Assembly: GCA_964016885.1 (NCBI GenBank)
Contig: OZ024740.1
Span: 353,524,001 to 353,588,000, forward strand
Direction: 5' to 3'
Length of the DNA stretch: 64,000 bases
Source: Eledone cirrhosa
Lineage: Eukaryota
Made by a program: the position numbers and the translations under genes. Positions 28,701 through 37,705 of the stretch are shown here, piece by piece. The number at the start of each line of letters is the position of its first letter. The first letter of the stretch is position 1. The notes below the pieces were generated by a model. It ran no database searches. It was not told the DNA's origin and saw only the letters and a list, made by a program, of their open reading frames with translations.

Positions 28701-30817
28701 GGATAGAATGCTTTGCGGGATTCGTTCCGGATATACGCTCTGAATTCAAATTCCGCAGAGGTCAGCTTTGCCTTTCATCCTTTCGAGGTCGATAAAAATA
28801 CCAGTCAAGTACAGGAGTAGAGTCTTCCTCTCTCCTCTTCTCTGAAAGAAATCGGCTGTGTTCCAAAATGGGCTCCGTCAGGTAAAAAAAAAAATTAAAA
28901 AATTACGCAAGACAAGTTACGTCAGGAGTATGAGTCCATACATAAATACATATGATATTGACATAAATAAACACTTGCCTTAAGAACTGACGTTTGTAAA
29001 TTGAGAGTATGGAAGGATAGAAGAGATATAACTGAGATAGTAAATTTAGCGTAACTGCTAGTGACGTATATCCATTACTGATTAATCTTCACATTCAGTA
29101 ATTGAAGTGGTTAAAGAACGGAATATATATATAGATATATATGATTTTGCACTTTCATATTTACGAGCCATGGCCATCAATTTCTGAGACTAGTGTTCGC
29201 CGGTTATCTCTCTATTCCCTCCATCCACCCATTTCAACCAAATTAGTACAAAGCAAATAGAAATCTACTCGGTTAATTGACCTGGTAAAAATAACAACCA
29301 AATCTCAAAAGAAGAATGCTTTTGATTATATGTCTGTTTGATGAGAGCTAACATGGGGCTAAATAAACTTATGACATTACACAATCGCTCGATCTCAAAT
29401 CACGCACTTCTGCCTTAAAGGAAGAACATTATGCAGACAATGTAGTCATGATGAACAAAAAGATGGGATAGCCACGGCTTAAACGTCTTTGACCATAGGT
29501 ATGCTCGACCAGAGTTGAACGGCTGCTAAAAAACTCGTCATCCAGCTGAAGAGAATAACGTAAATACCAGTCAAGTACAGGAAGAGATGTAATCGTACAG
29601 ACCAAGCACACCAACCGTCATTAAAAATAAATTTCTGCATTTCTACTTATATTAGAAAATATTTATGTATCTTTCATGCTCTAAGATTGCTTCATCTAGA
29701 TCATTTATATATTCAGTGAACCTGTCTTCCCTAAAGGCGAATAAAACAACGTTTGTTAAATAGGCAAATGAGGCAAACCAAAATACGATATTCCCGTTGT
29801 CGACCAAACGCTAGTGACAGCAATTAAATTGCTCAATTGCATAAATTTACTGCGGAATAAAAAAAAAATCAAATGGGACATTCTGAAAAAAAGTTACATA
29901 AGGTTCTAAATATCGATTTGTGTCCTCTTTAAACAATGTTATACATGCACATACAATGTAATGCTTACAGATGCTTAGAAATGTACAAGTTCGTATGTTT
30001 TCGACTTGATGACATGAACACATACGAGCAAACAAGGGAGACTATGTAGTCGTTCGACATTCTAGAAACAAGTTAAATCTCCCCGAAAGCAAGATATTGG
30101 ATAATGCTGTACTAGATTATATTATGTCTGCGTGGAAGAAAAAAACAGGAGACGGGATGTTAAAGATTAGAACGCATTTGATTAATTAAAAGGGGCGGTA
30201 GAAATGTAAGACGTGTACAGTGAATTATTGTTTTGAATTTAAATACCACCGATTTCAAACATTGTTTAGGGAAAGATGTTACGAAAAATGTAATTGTATC
30301 GAAATGCAAATTCATTTTATCTACACACCACAGATATTAATTTAATTTATACAATGGAGTATTCAAATGGATTTAGACAATATTAATGCGTACACGAAAC
30401 AGAATGTTTTTGTTAATGAATCGACACAAAAGGCTCTTGATACTAGAATCTAGATACATGCAATATATACAAGTTTATACATTGGAGAAGAAAATAATAA
30501 TGACTGTAGAGTGTGAGTTATCAATAAATGATAATTCATTCTTTTTAACGATATTAAACGAATCCTGGTTGTTTAAGCCGATACAAGATTGATTGTGAGG
30601 TTAATATTTCTCTTTCTCTATATATATATACATACATATATATATATAATGCATCAAAAACGAAAAAAAATACTATTTATAAATTACGGATGTAGATATC
30701 TCACCTGGATGTTGTCTTCCCAACACCACCTTTTCCACCGACGAATACCCATTTTAATGACTGCTGGTCAATTATGTTTTTAAGTGAAGGATCGTATTCA
30801 ATTTCAGCGGCAGCCAT
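1223..30817 (-). CDS. ASNA1: ATPase GET3/ASNA1 (TRC40, ArsA family), spliced, 8 coding exons, 330 aa
   Basis: Exons 30705-30817, 16032-16179, 12993-13047, 11487-11580, 9045-9195, 5155-5262, 4280-4480 and 1223-1345 all have GT/AG ends and compatible phases (sum 993 nt). The protein has the P-loop [48 protein letters not shown] and CKMC motifs. Confidence 0.97.
1493..1683 (+). mobile_element. tRNA-derived SINE S1
   Basis: A-box-like TGGCAGTATCAGTAGA, B-box GAGTTCAAATCC, central ctttcatccttacggggtcgataaaataaagtaccag, (ATT)n tail. Closely similar copies at 18318 and 48043. Confidence 0.85.
1950..3070 (-). mobile_element. Highly decayed RTE LINE remnant (APE/linker region)
   Basis: Patchy nucleotide similarity to the 20.6-21.8 kb and 25.0-26.2 kb RTE copies; no open ORF. 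Confidence 0.5.
3130..3535 (+). mobile_element. Decayed RTE RT fragment
   Basis: Degenerate YRGMK, QFSFVSG and [12 protein letters not shown] segments, matching NYRGIK / MQFGFVPG / [12 protein letters not shown] in the better-preserved copies. Confidence 0.65.
4280..4480 (-). CDS. ASNA1: ASNA1 exon 7 ([26 protein letters not shown]...[17 protein letters not shown])
   Basis: Overlaps ORF 4199..4465; acceptor ttttAG, donor GTAAGT; CxxC zinc-dimer motif. Confidence 0.96.
5155..5262 (-). CDS. ASNA1: ASNA1 exon 6 ([36 protein letters not shown])
   Basis: Lies within ORF 5026..5388; acceptor tttcAG, donor GTGAGT. Confidence 0.94.
5870..6205 (-). mobile_element. Decayed RTE RT fragment
   Basis: Reverse strand encodes [19 protein letters not shown] and LLYADDL-like segments. 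Confidence 0.7.
6517..7470 (-). mobile_element. 5'-truncated RTE LINE (family A) with 3' UTR and (GAT)n tail
   Basis: ORF 6872..7462 ([17 protein letters not shown]); 3' UTR homologous to 22813-23200; (CAT)n at 6517-6537. Confidence 0.9.
7722..8998 (+). mobile_element. 5'-truncated, frameshifted RTE LINE (family B)
   Basis: [14 protein letters not shown], a PHD-like CSIC..C..C..H..C cluster and RLRWYGHV; (GAT)n tail at about 8985-8998. Homologous to 18919-20320 in the opposite orientation. Confidence 0.92.
9045..9195 (-). CDS. ASNA1: ASNA1 exon 5 ([50 protein letters not shown])
   Basis: Acceptor tttacAG, donor GTAAAT; switch II DTAPTGH motif. Confidence 0.96.
9270..9430 (+). mobile_element. 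Second tRNA-derived SINE family (S2, CORE-like cttgggcaa motif); related minus-strand copies at about 5680-5760, 11270-11420, 12660-12815 and 14260-14395
   Basis: Recurring tcactcacaagg...tatag..agacacttgcccaagg module (read on the plus strand in the minus copies) with a tRNA-like head. Confidence 0.55.
10900..11260 (-). mobile_element. RTE family A-like 3' UTR fragment with an expanded ~38-bp internal repeat
   Basis: catcatcgtttaa tail, ggatgcccttcctaa motif, and about 6 copies of tacagtgtg...gtgcttttt. Confidence 0.7.
11487..11580 (-). CDS. ASNA1: ASNA1 exon 4 ([30 protein letters not shown])
   Basis: Acceptor tttgaAG, donor GTAAGT; PGIDEA motif; phases fit both neighbours. Confidence 0.93.
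12993..13047 (-). CDS. ASNA1: ASNA1 exon 3 ([18 protein letters not shown])
   Basis: Acceptor ttttcAG, donor GTAAAA; matches the EIDP...ELP..FEE segment of Get3. Confidence 0.93.
16032..16179 (-). CDS. ASNA1: ASNA1 exon 2 ([49 protein letters not shown])
   Basis: Acceptor tttcAG, donor GTAAG; switch I STDPAH motif. Confidence 0.96.
18318..18502 (+). mobile_element. Full-length SINE S1 with a 16-bp target-site duplication
   Basis: ATTATTAGTTCCAGGG at 18302-18317 and 18503-18518; A and B boxes present. Confidence 0.92.
18919..21835 (-). mobile_element. Near full-length RTE LINE (family B), APE + RT, frameshifted
   Basis: APE motifs ([28 protein letters not shown]) in ORFs 21308..21871 and 21058..21372; RT (DLEKAFD, YADD) in 20078..20899 and 18936..19964; (GAT)n tail. 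A 19-bp tandem duplication at 21361-21399 breaks the frame. Confidence 0.95.
22255..22800 (-). mobile_element. Old decayed RTE 3' ORF fragment
   Basis: Degenerate similarity to 18960-19660 (DSFCYLG, RIR..W, LRKVM..C.EWR segments). Confidence 0.6.
22813..26270 (-). mobile_element. Near full-length RTE LINE (family A), APE + RT + long 3' UTR
   Basis: APE ORFs 25789..26220 and 25297..25695; RT ORF 23276..24925 (549 aa, YADD); 3' UTR ends in (GAT)n at 22813-22830. Confidence 0.95.
26365..26738 (+). mobile_element. Diverged RTE family A-like 3' end
   Basis: gaccgagacctctggcgttatgc ORF end, aggaagggcatccagc motif, ctagcgtggaa..gacgtaaaa..gatgat tail. Confidence 0.7.
27630..28165 (+). mobile_element. 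Young 5'-truncated RTE family A copy (3' ~535 bp)
   Basis: Close reverse complement of 22813-23345; (GAT)n tail. Confidence 0.9.
30705..30817 (-). CDS. ASNA1: ASNA1 coding exon 1 ([37 protein letters not shown])
   Basis: ATG in atcATGG context; deviant Walker A motif; donor AG|GTGAGA. Not in the ORF track. Confidence 0.93.
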
Positions 30818-30959
30818 GATGATATTAGACGGTGTTACAATCAATACCGTCCCTTCATAAAATGTAAACCGCATTTAATACATATCACAAATAACGCGAG
30901 CGCGCGCGCGCACACACACACACACACACACGTATGTATGTATGTATGTATGTATGTGA

Positions 30960-31376
30960 TGACCCCTTAGCCTTTGTCAAGGCAGAATTCTAGGAGAAGG
31001 AAAACTCTGATATAACACCTGCAGCCCTGATGGTATCCAATGATGTTGACTTGTTCTTCTTTTTGGTAAATATCATCTTGGTTAAGAGAGTGGGACTGGC
31101 TTTGTGCAGTGCCTTTGCTCACTATAAAAGCTTCACAGTACAGGCATTGCTTTATATCTGGAGATCTCTCTGCACTTGTCATCACATGGTACCATGGGCC
31201 TAGCACTATGTGTCAATAATTGTCACAAGTGTAGTGTTTGTACCAGAGTTTTCAAGTCACTGGCTGGACTAAAAAGTCACACTCGTTCAGCGTATCGGTA
31301 GGGGTTCTCCTACATGGATATAAAGTAGTGGCCGTACTCGAAAACGAGTTGGCAACCACCATGTATGTATGTATGC
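30960..31376 (+). mobile_element. 3' end of an RTE-type element with C2H2 remnant and (TGTA)n tail; duplicated at 34071-34580
   Basis: Near-identical to 34071-34470; encodes CSV.TRVFKSLAGLKSH; ends ACTCGaaaaCGAG..GCAACCACCA(TGTA)n. Confidence 0.7.
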
Positions 31377-32403
31377 AGGAGGACAAAGGTAAAGGTGTAC
31401 AGGGCATGTGTGCTCTCTTGTCTTCTTTATGGCTGCGAGACCTGGGTCACATATCGACACCACCTTAAGCAATTGGAGCGTTTCCATCAGATGTGTCTCA
31501 GACGGATCCATGGCGTTCACTGGAGGGACCACATCAGTGATGTCGAGATTTTGGAAAGCTCTATGTGTGACAGTATAGAAGCTCTTGTGCTTAAGCAACG
31601 ACTCCGTTGGGGTGGTCACCTTGCCAGGATGAAGGATTCTAGAATACCAAAACAACTCTTTTATGGAGAGTTGGTTAAAGGAAAACGACCGCCACATAAA
31701 CCAAAAAAAGAGGTATAAGGATTCCTTGAAATCATCTCTGAAAAACGCTAACATCTCTGCTGATACATGGGAAAATATTGCTGCTGATCGTAATAAATGG
31801 AGAAAGACTGTATATGAGGGAAAAGTTGCTTTTGAGGCATCTCGAATCGCATACGAGAAAGTAAAGCGGGATGTGAGGAAGGGCATTGCTGTTGCACTTC
31901 CAGACGGCGAGGGTCCTCCTATGGTGCTGACATTTAGCGTCTGTGCGAGACTCTACCTAAGCAAAGTTGGACTCGAAAGTCATCTTCGCAGTCATAAAGT
32001 AAGACTAGTGGTTGACTACCAGGCTGCTGTTGGAGATGCTACTCATCATGCTTGCCAAACATGTGGTAGAGAATGTAAATCAGCAGGAGGGCTCAAGCGA
32101 CATGCAAAAGTACACGAACTCCAACCACAGCCGACTATTCCCAGTGAATGTTTTGGTTGCCGACTCTGTGCAAGACATTTTAGATCATTGGCTGGGCTAA
32201 AAAGCCACATTCGATCGCAGCGCTGTTAGTTGCTATCGTGTGTGTGTGTGTGTGTGTATAGATATGTTTATGTGTGTGCGTGTATGTGTAAATATATATG
32301 TATATTATTATTGTTGTTGTCGTTATTATTATTGTTGTTATTATTATTATTATTATTATTATTGTTATTAATGTATATGTGTGCGTGTATATGTATGTGT
32401 GTG

Positions 32404-32491
<88 letters not shown>

Positions 32492-32824
32492 TATACATAT
32501 ATTCACACACATACATATACACACACACATATACATTAATAACAATAATGAAATTCACCCAGCTTATGCTGATCGGATAACTATCATGTTGCTTGCTGTT
32601 TTTCCAACCTTCGGTTTGCTTTTCCTTCTGTTGTTTACTTGTCTCACTCGCTCTACGCGTTTCACTTGTCCCAATAGCTTATTTTAGTTATTGCTCGCAC
32701 CAACCTGAGGTATCTGATTTTTAATGCGATGAAATACCTATGATGGTTGGCAAATCACTGATGAGGGACTAATTTTATAATATGTAATCCATGTGCAACC
32801 ATGCAGTGTTCTTCTCCCCTTGTT

Positions 32825-32882
<58 letters not shown>

Positions 32883-33010
32883 CTTTTATTTTTTATTTTT
32901 ATTTTATTTTTTATTTATTTATTAATTAAAAAAATTTTTTTTAATTTTTTCTCCTCGTGCAATGGCCATACTCGATAACGAGGGGGCAGCCATCATGTAT
33001 GTATGTATGT
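31377..33010 (+). mobile_element. 5'-truncated RTE/BovB-like LINE with three C-terminal C2H2-type fingers and a microsatellite-rich 3' UTR
   Basis: ORFs 31365..31718 (LLYGCETW, LRWGGHLARM, PKQLFYGEL) and 31663..32229 (CQTC..GLKRH, CRLC..GLKSH); ends GCAGCCATCA(TGTA)n at about 33000. Confidence 0.88.
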
Positions 33011-34070
33011 AGTATACGGTCAAAAGCTGAAGGCTGCTGACACATTTGTGTATTTGGGGAGTACTCTGAGTGTGACCTGCTCTCTGGATGCAGAAGTTGG
33101 TCTACGTGTTAGTAAGGGAAGTGAGTCATTTGGAAGGCTCAACGACCGTCTTTGGTGCGGGCGAGGAATCACAATGAGGACCAAGGTGAGATTGTATGCT
33201 GCATGTGTACTGTCAGCTTTGCTGTATGCATGTGAGACATGGGTTGCCTACAAACGGCATGACCACAGACTGGAACGGTTTCACCAGCAGTGTCTTAGAA
33301 AGGTGCTCGGTATCAAGTGGCAGATGCATGTGAGTGATGTTGAGGTTCCTTGAGAGAAGTGAGTGTCGGAGTATTAGAGTATCATCCACCAACGGCGTTT
33401 GCGATGGACCGGACACCTCTGCAGAATGGATGATGATCAAGTCCCAAAACAACTCTTGTATGGCGAGCTTTGTGAGGGTAAGAGACAACCTCACAAGCCA
33501 AGGCTCCGATTCAAGGATTGTGTAAAGGACTCATTGAAAAAAACTGGTTTGATAATGGCTGACTGGGAGATAGAAGCTTTTGAAAGAGAGACTTGGCGTG
33601 GAATGGTGAATGATGGGGTCCATAATTTTGAGGACAGACGCATAGAGCACGAGAAGATCAAAAGGGATGTACGTAAGCAATGCCCTGGTGTATCTCTCGA
33701 AACGATCGGTGTCTCCATTGAATTGAAATGCCCTGAGTGTGGACAAATTTGCTTGAGCAAATCTGGTCTCTAGAGCCACAGTCGCAGCCATGTTCAGAGA
33801 GAACCGGTGAACTATGATCTCCACGGTGTTGTGAGGGTTCATGGGCAACCTGATACCACCTCAAGCCAGGGAGACCCACAGTTGTCGTCAGTGTGTGAAG
33901 GAGTGCAAGTCTCTAGCAGGCTTGAAAAGCCATATCCGAGCGTCCCACATCTGAATCTGACAAGCGATTGCAATACTCTTGGCAGAGTTTGAAGCCATCA
34001 TGCATGCATGCATGTATGTATGTATGTATGTATGTATGTATGTATGTATGTATGTATGTATGTATGTATG
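33011..34070 (+). mobile_element. 5'-truncated RTE/BovB-like LINE, second family, with C2H2 fingers and (TGTA)n tail
   Basis: FVYLGS, LLYACETW, RWTGHLCRM, PKQLLYGEL and CPECGQICLSKSGL segments; ends GAAGCCATCA then (TGCA/TGTA)n. Confidence 0.88.
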
Positions 34071-34580
34071 ACCCCTTAGCCTTTGTCAAGGCAGAATTCT
34101 AGGAGAAGGAAAACTCTGATATAACACCTGCAACCCTGATGGTTTCCAATGATGTTGACTTGTTCTTCTTTTTGGTAAATATCATCTTGGTTAAGAGAGT
34201 GGGACTGGCTTTGTGCAGTGCCTTTGCTCACTATAAAAGCTTCACAGCACAGGCATTGCTTTATATCTGGAGATCTCTCTGCACTTGTCCTCACATGGTA
34301 CCATGGGCCCAGCACTATGTGTCAATAATTGTCACAAGTGTAGTGTTTCTACCAGAGTTTTCAAGTCGCTGGCTGGACTAAAAAGTCACTCGTTCAGCGC
34401 ATCGGTAGGGGTTCTCCTACATGGATATAAAGTAGTGGACGTACTCGAAAACGAGTTGGCAACCACCATGTATGTATGTATGTATGTATGTATGTATGTA
34501 TGTATGTATGTATGTATGTATGTATGTATGTATGTATGTGTGTATGTATGTATGTATGTATGTATGTATGTATGTATGTA
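34071..34580 (+). mobile_element. Second copy of the 30960-31376 RTE 3' fragment with a long (TGTA)n tail
   Basis: Direct sequence identity (ORFs 30967..31206 and 34076..34315 are near-identical). Confidence 0.8.
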
Positions 34581-34703
34581 TGTGTGTGTGTGTGTGTATC
34601 CCGAGTTCAATCGGGGGTAACCACAATAAGTAAGGTACCCAATGCATAGCAGAATATACATTTTAAATATAGAAATGGTTTCTACAGGACTAGAAGCCAT
34701 TTG

Positions 34704-34739
<36 letters not shown>

Positions 34740-34789
34740 GGCTTATATATATATATAAGCCATTTCTCTCTCTCTCTATATATATATAT

Positions 34790-34980
34790 ATAATTGTTTC
34801 TACTTTAGGCACAAGGCCAGCAATTACCCAGTGCATTATTGGTACTTTATTTTATCGACCCCGTAAGGATGAAAGGCAAAGTCAACCTCGGCGGGATTTG
34901 AACTCATATATAACTATCATTATATATACCAGTAATGCACTGGATAATTGCTGGCCTTGTGCCTAAAGTAGAAACAATTA
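34790..34980. mobile_element. Two truncated SINE S1 pieces, tails pointing outward (minus 34790-34906, plus 34927-34980), in (TA)n
   Basis: Match to the S1 3' part on both strands. Confidence 0.75.
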
Positions 34981-35002
34981 TATATATATATTATATATAT
35001 AT

Positions 35003-35352
35003 AATGATATTAAATAAATGGAAACTATATTTATAAAACCATATTTATTCTATTATATATATTTCGAGGGTACCAAAACTTTGGTACGCTCTCAGATAAA
35101 ATACAAAGTTTGTTTTATAAATTTTGACATAACCAAGAAAAGATACCTTAACGGTTCAAGTTTTTCCAAGAAATATGTATAATAGAATAGAATAAAATAT
35201 GTATAATAGAATAAATATGGTTTTATAAATATAGTTTCCATTTATTTAATATCATTGAATATTATACTCCAGTAAACTTGTCGAGTGATCTGAATTAGTT
35301 ATAAACATTTATATTTGTTGAATTACCAACAAATTGAATATACCTTTTGCTT
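35003..35352. repeat. Fold-back non-coding element family F1, copy A
   Basis: Arms at about 35003-35065 and 35195-35256; homologous to 39867-40215 and 57184-57670. Confidence 0.85.
35047..35102 (-). ncRNA. Type I hammerhead ribozyme (F1), core with a 3-nt deletion
   Basis: ATTTTAT-CTGA[del]-GAG c GTACCAAA gt TTTGGTAC c CTC-GAAA-TATATA-TA-ATAGAAT. Confidence 0.65.
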
Positions 35353-35443
35353 ATATATATATAAAAATTAGGGTAAATATTGATGCAATTCAATTCAAGC
35401 ACTCAACGTACTTTTTCCACATAGGAGTGACGGAGTAAATATC

Positions 35444-35692
35444 GAATAAGGAAAAGCGAAGTAGTTTCAGATGTTCAAGTCCTTTAATAATAATGGTGTG
35501 ATAAATATTTCAATGACGACATGTCGATTCAATTTGGATTGCCTCGGAAACATAACCTTATTATGTAACAAGCTGTCTGATGATGTCACGACACTCGCAC
35601 ACAGAACAGTGTGGCCAGTGTCGTCATTGAAATATTTATCACAGCATTATTATTAAAGGACTTGAACATCTGAAACTACTTCGCTTTTCCTT

Positions 35693-35696
<4 letters not shown>
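35444..35696. repeat. Fold-back non-coding element family F2
   Basis: Arms at about 35444-35521 and 35619-35696 (~78 bp); abuts (TA)n at 35697. Confidence 0.85.
35572..35645 (+). ncRNA. Type I hammerhead ribozyme (F2)
   Basis: GCTGT-CTGATGA-tgtc ACGACACT..AGTGTCGT catt-GAAA-TATTTA-TC-ACAGC; perfect 5-bp stem I and an AUC cleavage triplet. Confidence 0.75.
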
Positions 35697-35771
<75 letters not shown>

Positions 35772-36054
35772 CTCTGATGGTAGCTAAGATGCTTCCATAG
35801 GCGGTATGCCGGTTGAGCACTCTATGCTTTTACAGAGCAGAGTATGATATGAGAGAGTATGATGTGAGAGAATATGCTCCGAAATCATTAGACATGTCCG
35901 TCGAACCTGCGGGTCCAGAATCAGACAGATCCACACAATGATCGCGTCTCGAGCTGTCCGCCGGGGAAACAATTGTAACACACAATAAATTGAGTTCAGA
36001 TGCATCACTGATTTTTCGTTTTCTCCCCTCCCCCTCTCTCTCTCTCTATATATA

Positions 36055-36271
36055 TATAGTGTGTGTGTTCGCTTATTACGCGAAGATGCGCCCGTGAACG
36101 CGGCGCGTAAAGCAAATTCGCATAAGTCTAATTTTCTGATAAATAAAGAAAATTAAAAACCACACGCGTTATACAGCGTTATTCGCGCAAAATGAATATT
36201 TAATATTTTTGCAAGAGGCGTTAAAGCGAATTCACGTACTTCAAATTCGCGTAAAAAGCGAACAGACTGTA
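36055..36271. mobile_element. Tc1/mariner-pogo-type MITE
   Basis: Imperfect terminal inverted repeats (gtgttcgcttattacgcgaa / ttcgcgtaaaaagcgaacagactg-TA); TA flank; CpG-rich relative to background. Confidence 0.6.
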
Positions 36272-36360
36272 TTGGACCTGTTATTTTTATCTAAAGAGAT
36301 TTTTTCCAATTCCACCTTCCACCCCACCCGTCCCTTCAATCTATATTATTTCTCATTCTT

Positions 36361-36396
36361 TCTTCTGATTAAGGACTAGCGTCCGAAACGTTAAGA
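36361..36396 (+). ncRNA. Minimal type I hammerhead (G8>U mutated) in a probable solo PLE pLTR fragment (~36300-36480)
   Basis: TCTT-CTGATTA-A-GGAC tagc GTCC-GAAA-CG-TT-AAGA. Confidence 0.65.
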
Positions 36397-36563
36397 TCAT
36401 ATTCCTGCTATCTCAAGCTTTAACCTAATATATTCCCCCCATATACTGTACCGATTGTGTTGTTATTTCTGTTTACCTTTTACATACATATACGTACATA
36501 TATACATACATACATACATACATACATACATACATACATACATACATACATACATACATACAT

Positions 36564-36612
<49 letters not shown>

Positions 36613-36754
36613 TACACATACATATGTACACATACATATGCACATATATATACACACACATATACACCGATACACACGTACATAGACATACATACACACA
36701 CACACATATATATAAACACACACATACACATACATACATACATACATATATATA

Positions 36755-36977
36755 ATATCAAAGATTAGCGAAAAGGAGAATATTTATGCAGAACTGATGA
36801 GAAAGCTGCAGATACTCCACCCTGATTACACCTTCAGATTTATGCCTGTGATTATTGGGACACTGGGGTATGTTAGTAACTGCCTCAATACAAATCTTGA
36901 GAAGCTAGGCTTCACAGGAACAGAAAGAACACAACTAGTTAGGATATTACAAGTACAATCCATTAATGGAACAGTAA
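36755..36977 (+). mobile_element. 3' ORF fragment of the 49295-50985 RLE-LINE family
   Basis: Near-identical to 50595-50818 (LQILHPDYTFRFMPVIIG). Confidence 0.85.
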
Positions 36978-36997
36978 TATATATATATATGTATGTT

Positions 36998-37318
36998 ATC
37001 TCTTTCTCTTAATTTCGAGTATAATTTTTTGACCGGCTACCTTCCCGGTGGCAAGGTTGTAAAAGAAAAGAAATTGTCATTCCTCGAATCGCAAGAATGT
37101 TTTGCAAATTTTGAAGGTGCCAGCTATCGCAGCCATTTGTAGACTATGAATAAGGGAGCTGCGCTCTTTGTCCGCAAATCCAAGTTCAGTCATACTTTGG
37201 TCCAAGCGGGTTGGTATATAACCCGTAGCTCCAATAATTGTTTCTACTTTAGGCACAAGGCCAGCAATTACCCAGTGCATTACTGGTACTATAATGATGG
37301 GTATAAAGCTAAAGGTGT
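36998..37318 (-). mobile_element. 3' end of an RLE-LINE (same family as 51170-52142) containing a 57-bp SINE S1 tail insert at 37234-37290
   Basis: Reverse-complement match to 51940-52142 (IHSLQMAAIAGTFKI plus 3' UTR). Confidence 0.85.
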
Positions 37319-37324
37319 ATGTAT

Positions 37325-37658
37325 GTAGTAAGACCAGTTGTTGACTACCAGGCTGCTGTTGGAGATGCTACTCATCATGCTTGCCAAACATGCGGTAGAG
37401 AATGTAAATCAGCAGGAGGGCTCAAGCGACATGCAAAAGTACACGAACTCCAACCACAGCCGACTATTCCCAGTGAATGTTTTAGTTGCCGACTCTGTGC
37501 AAGACATTTTAGATCATTGGCTGGGCTAAAAAGCCACATTCGATCGCAGCGCTGTTAGTTGCTATCGTGTGTGTGTGTGTGTGTGTAGATATGTTTGTGT
37601 GTGTGCGTGTGTGTGTATATATACATGTATATGTATATTATTATTGTTGTCATTATTA

Positions 37659-37705
<47 letters not shown>

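Noticed and set aside
32180-32687. Long ORFs of YI/CV/HT/MYVC/poly-L/E/G repeats (also at 34.3-34.7, 36.4-36.8, 39.5-39.9, 47.6-48.5, 48.9-49.3, 52.0-52.6, 56.1-56.7, 57.6-57.9 and 60.9-62.5 kb)
   Set aside because: Translations of stop-free microsatellites, not genes.
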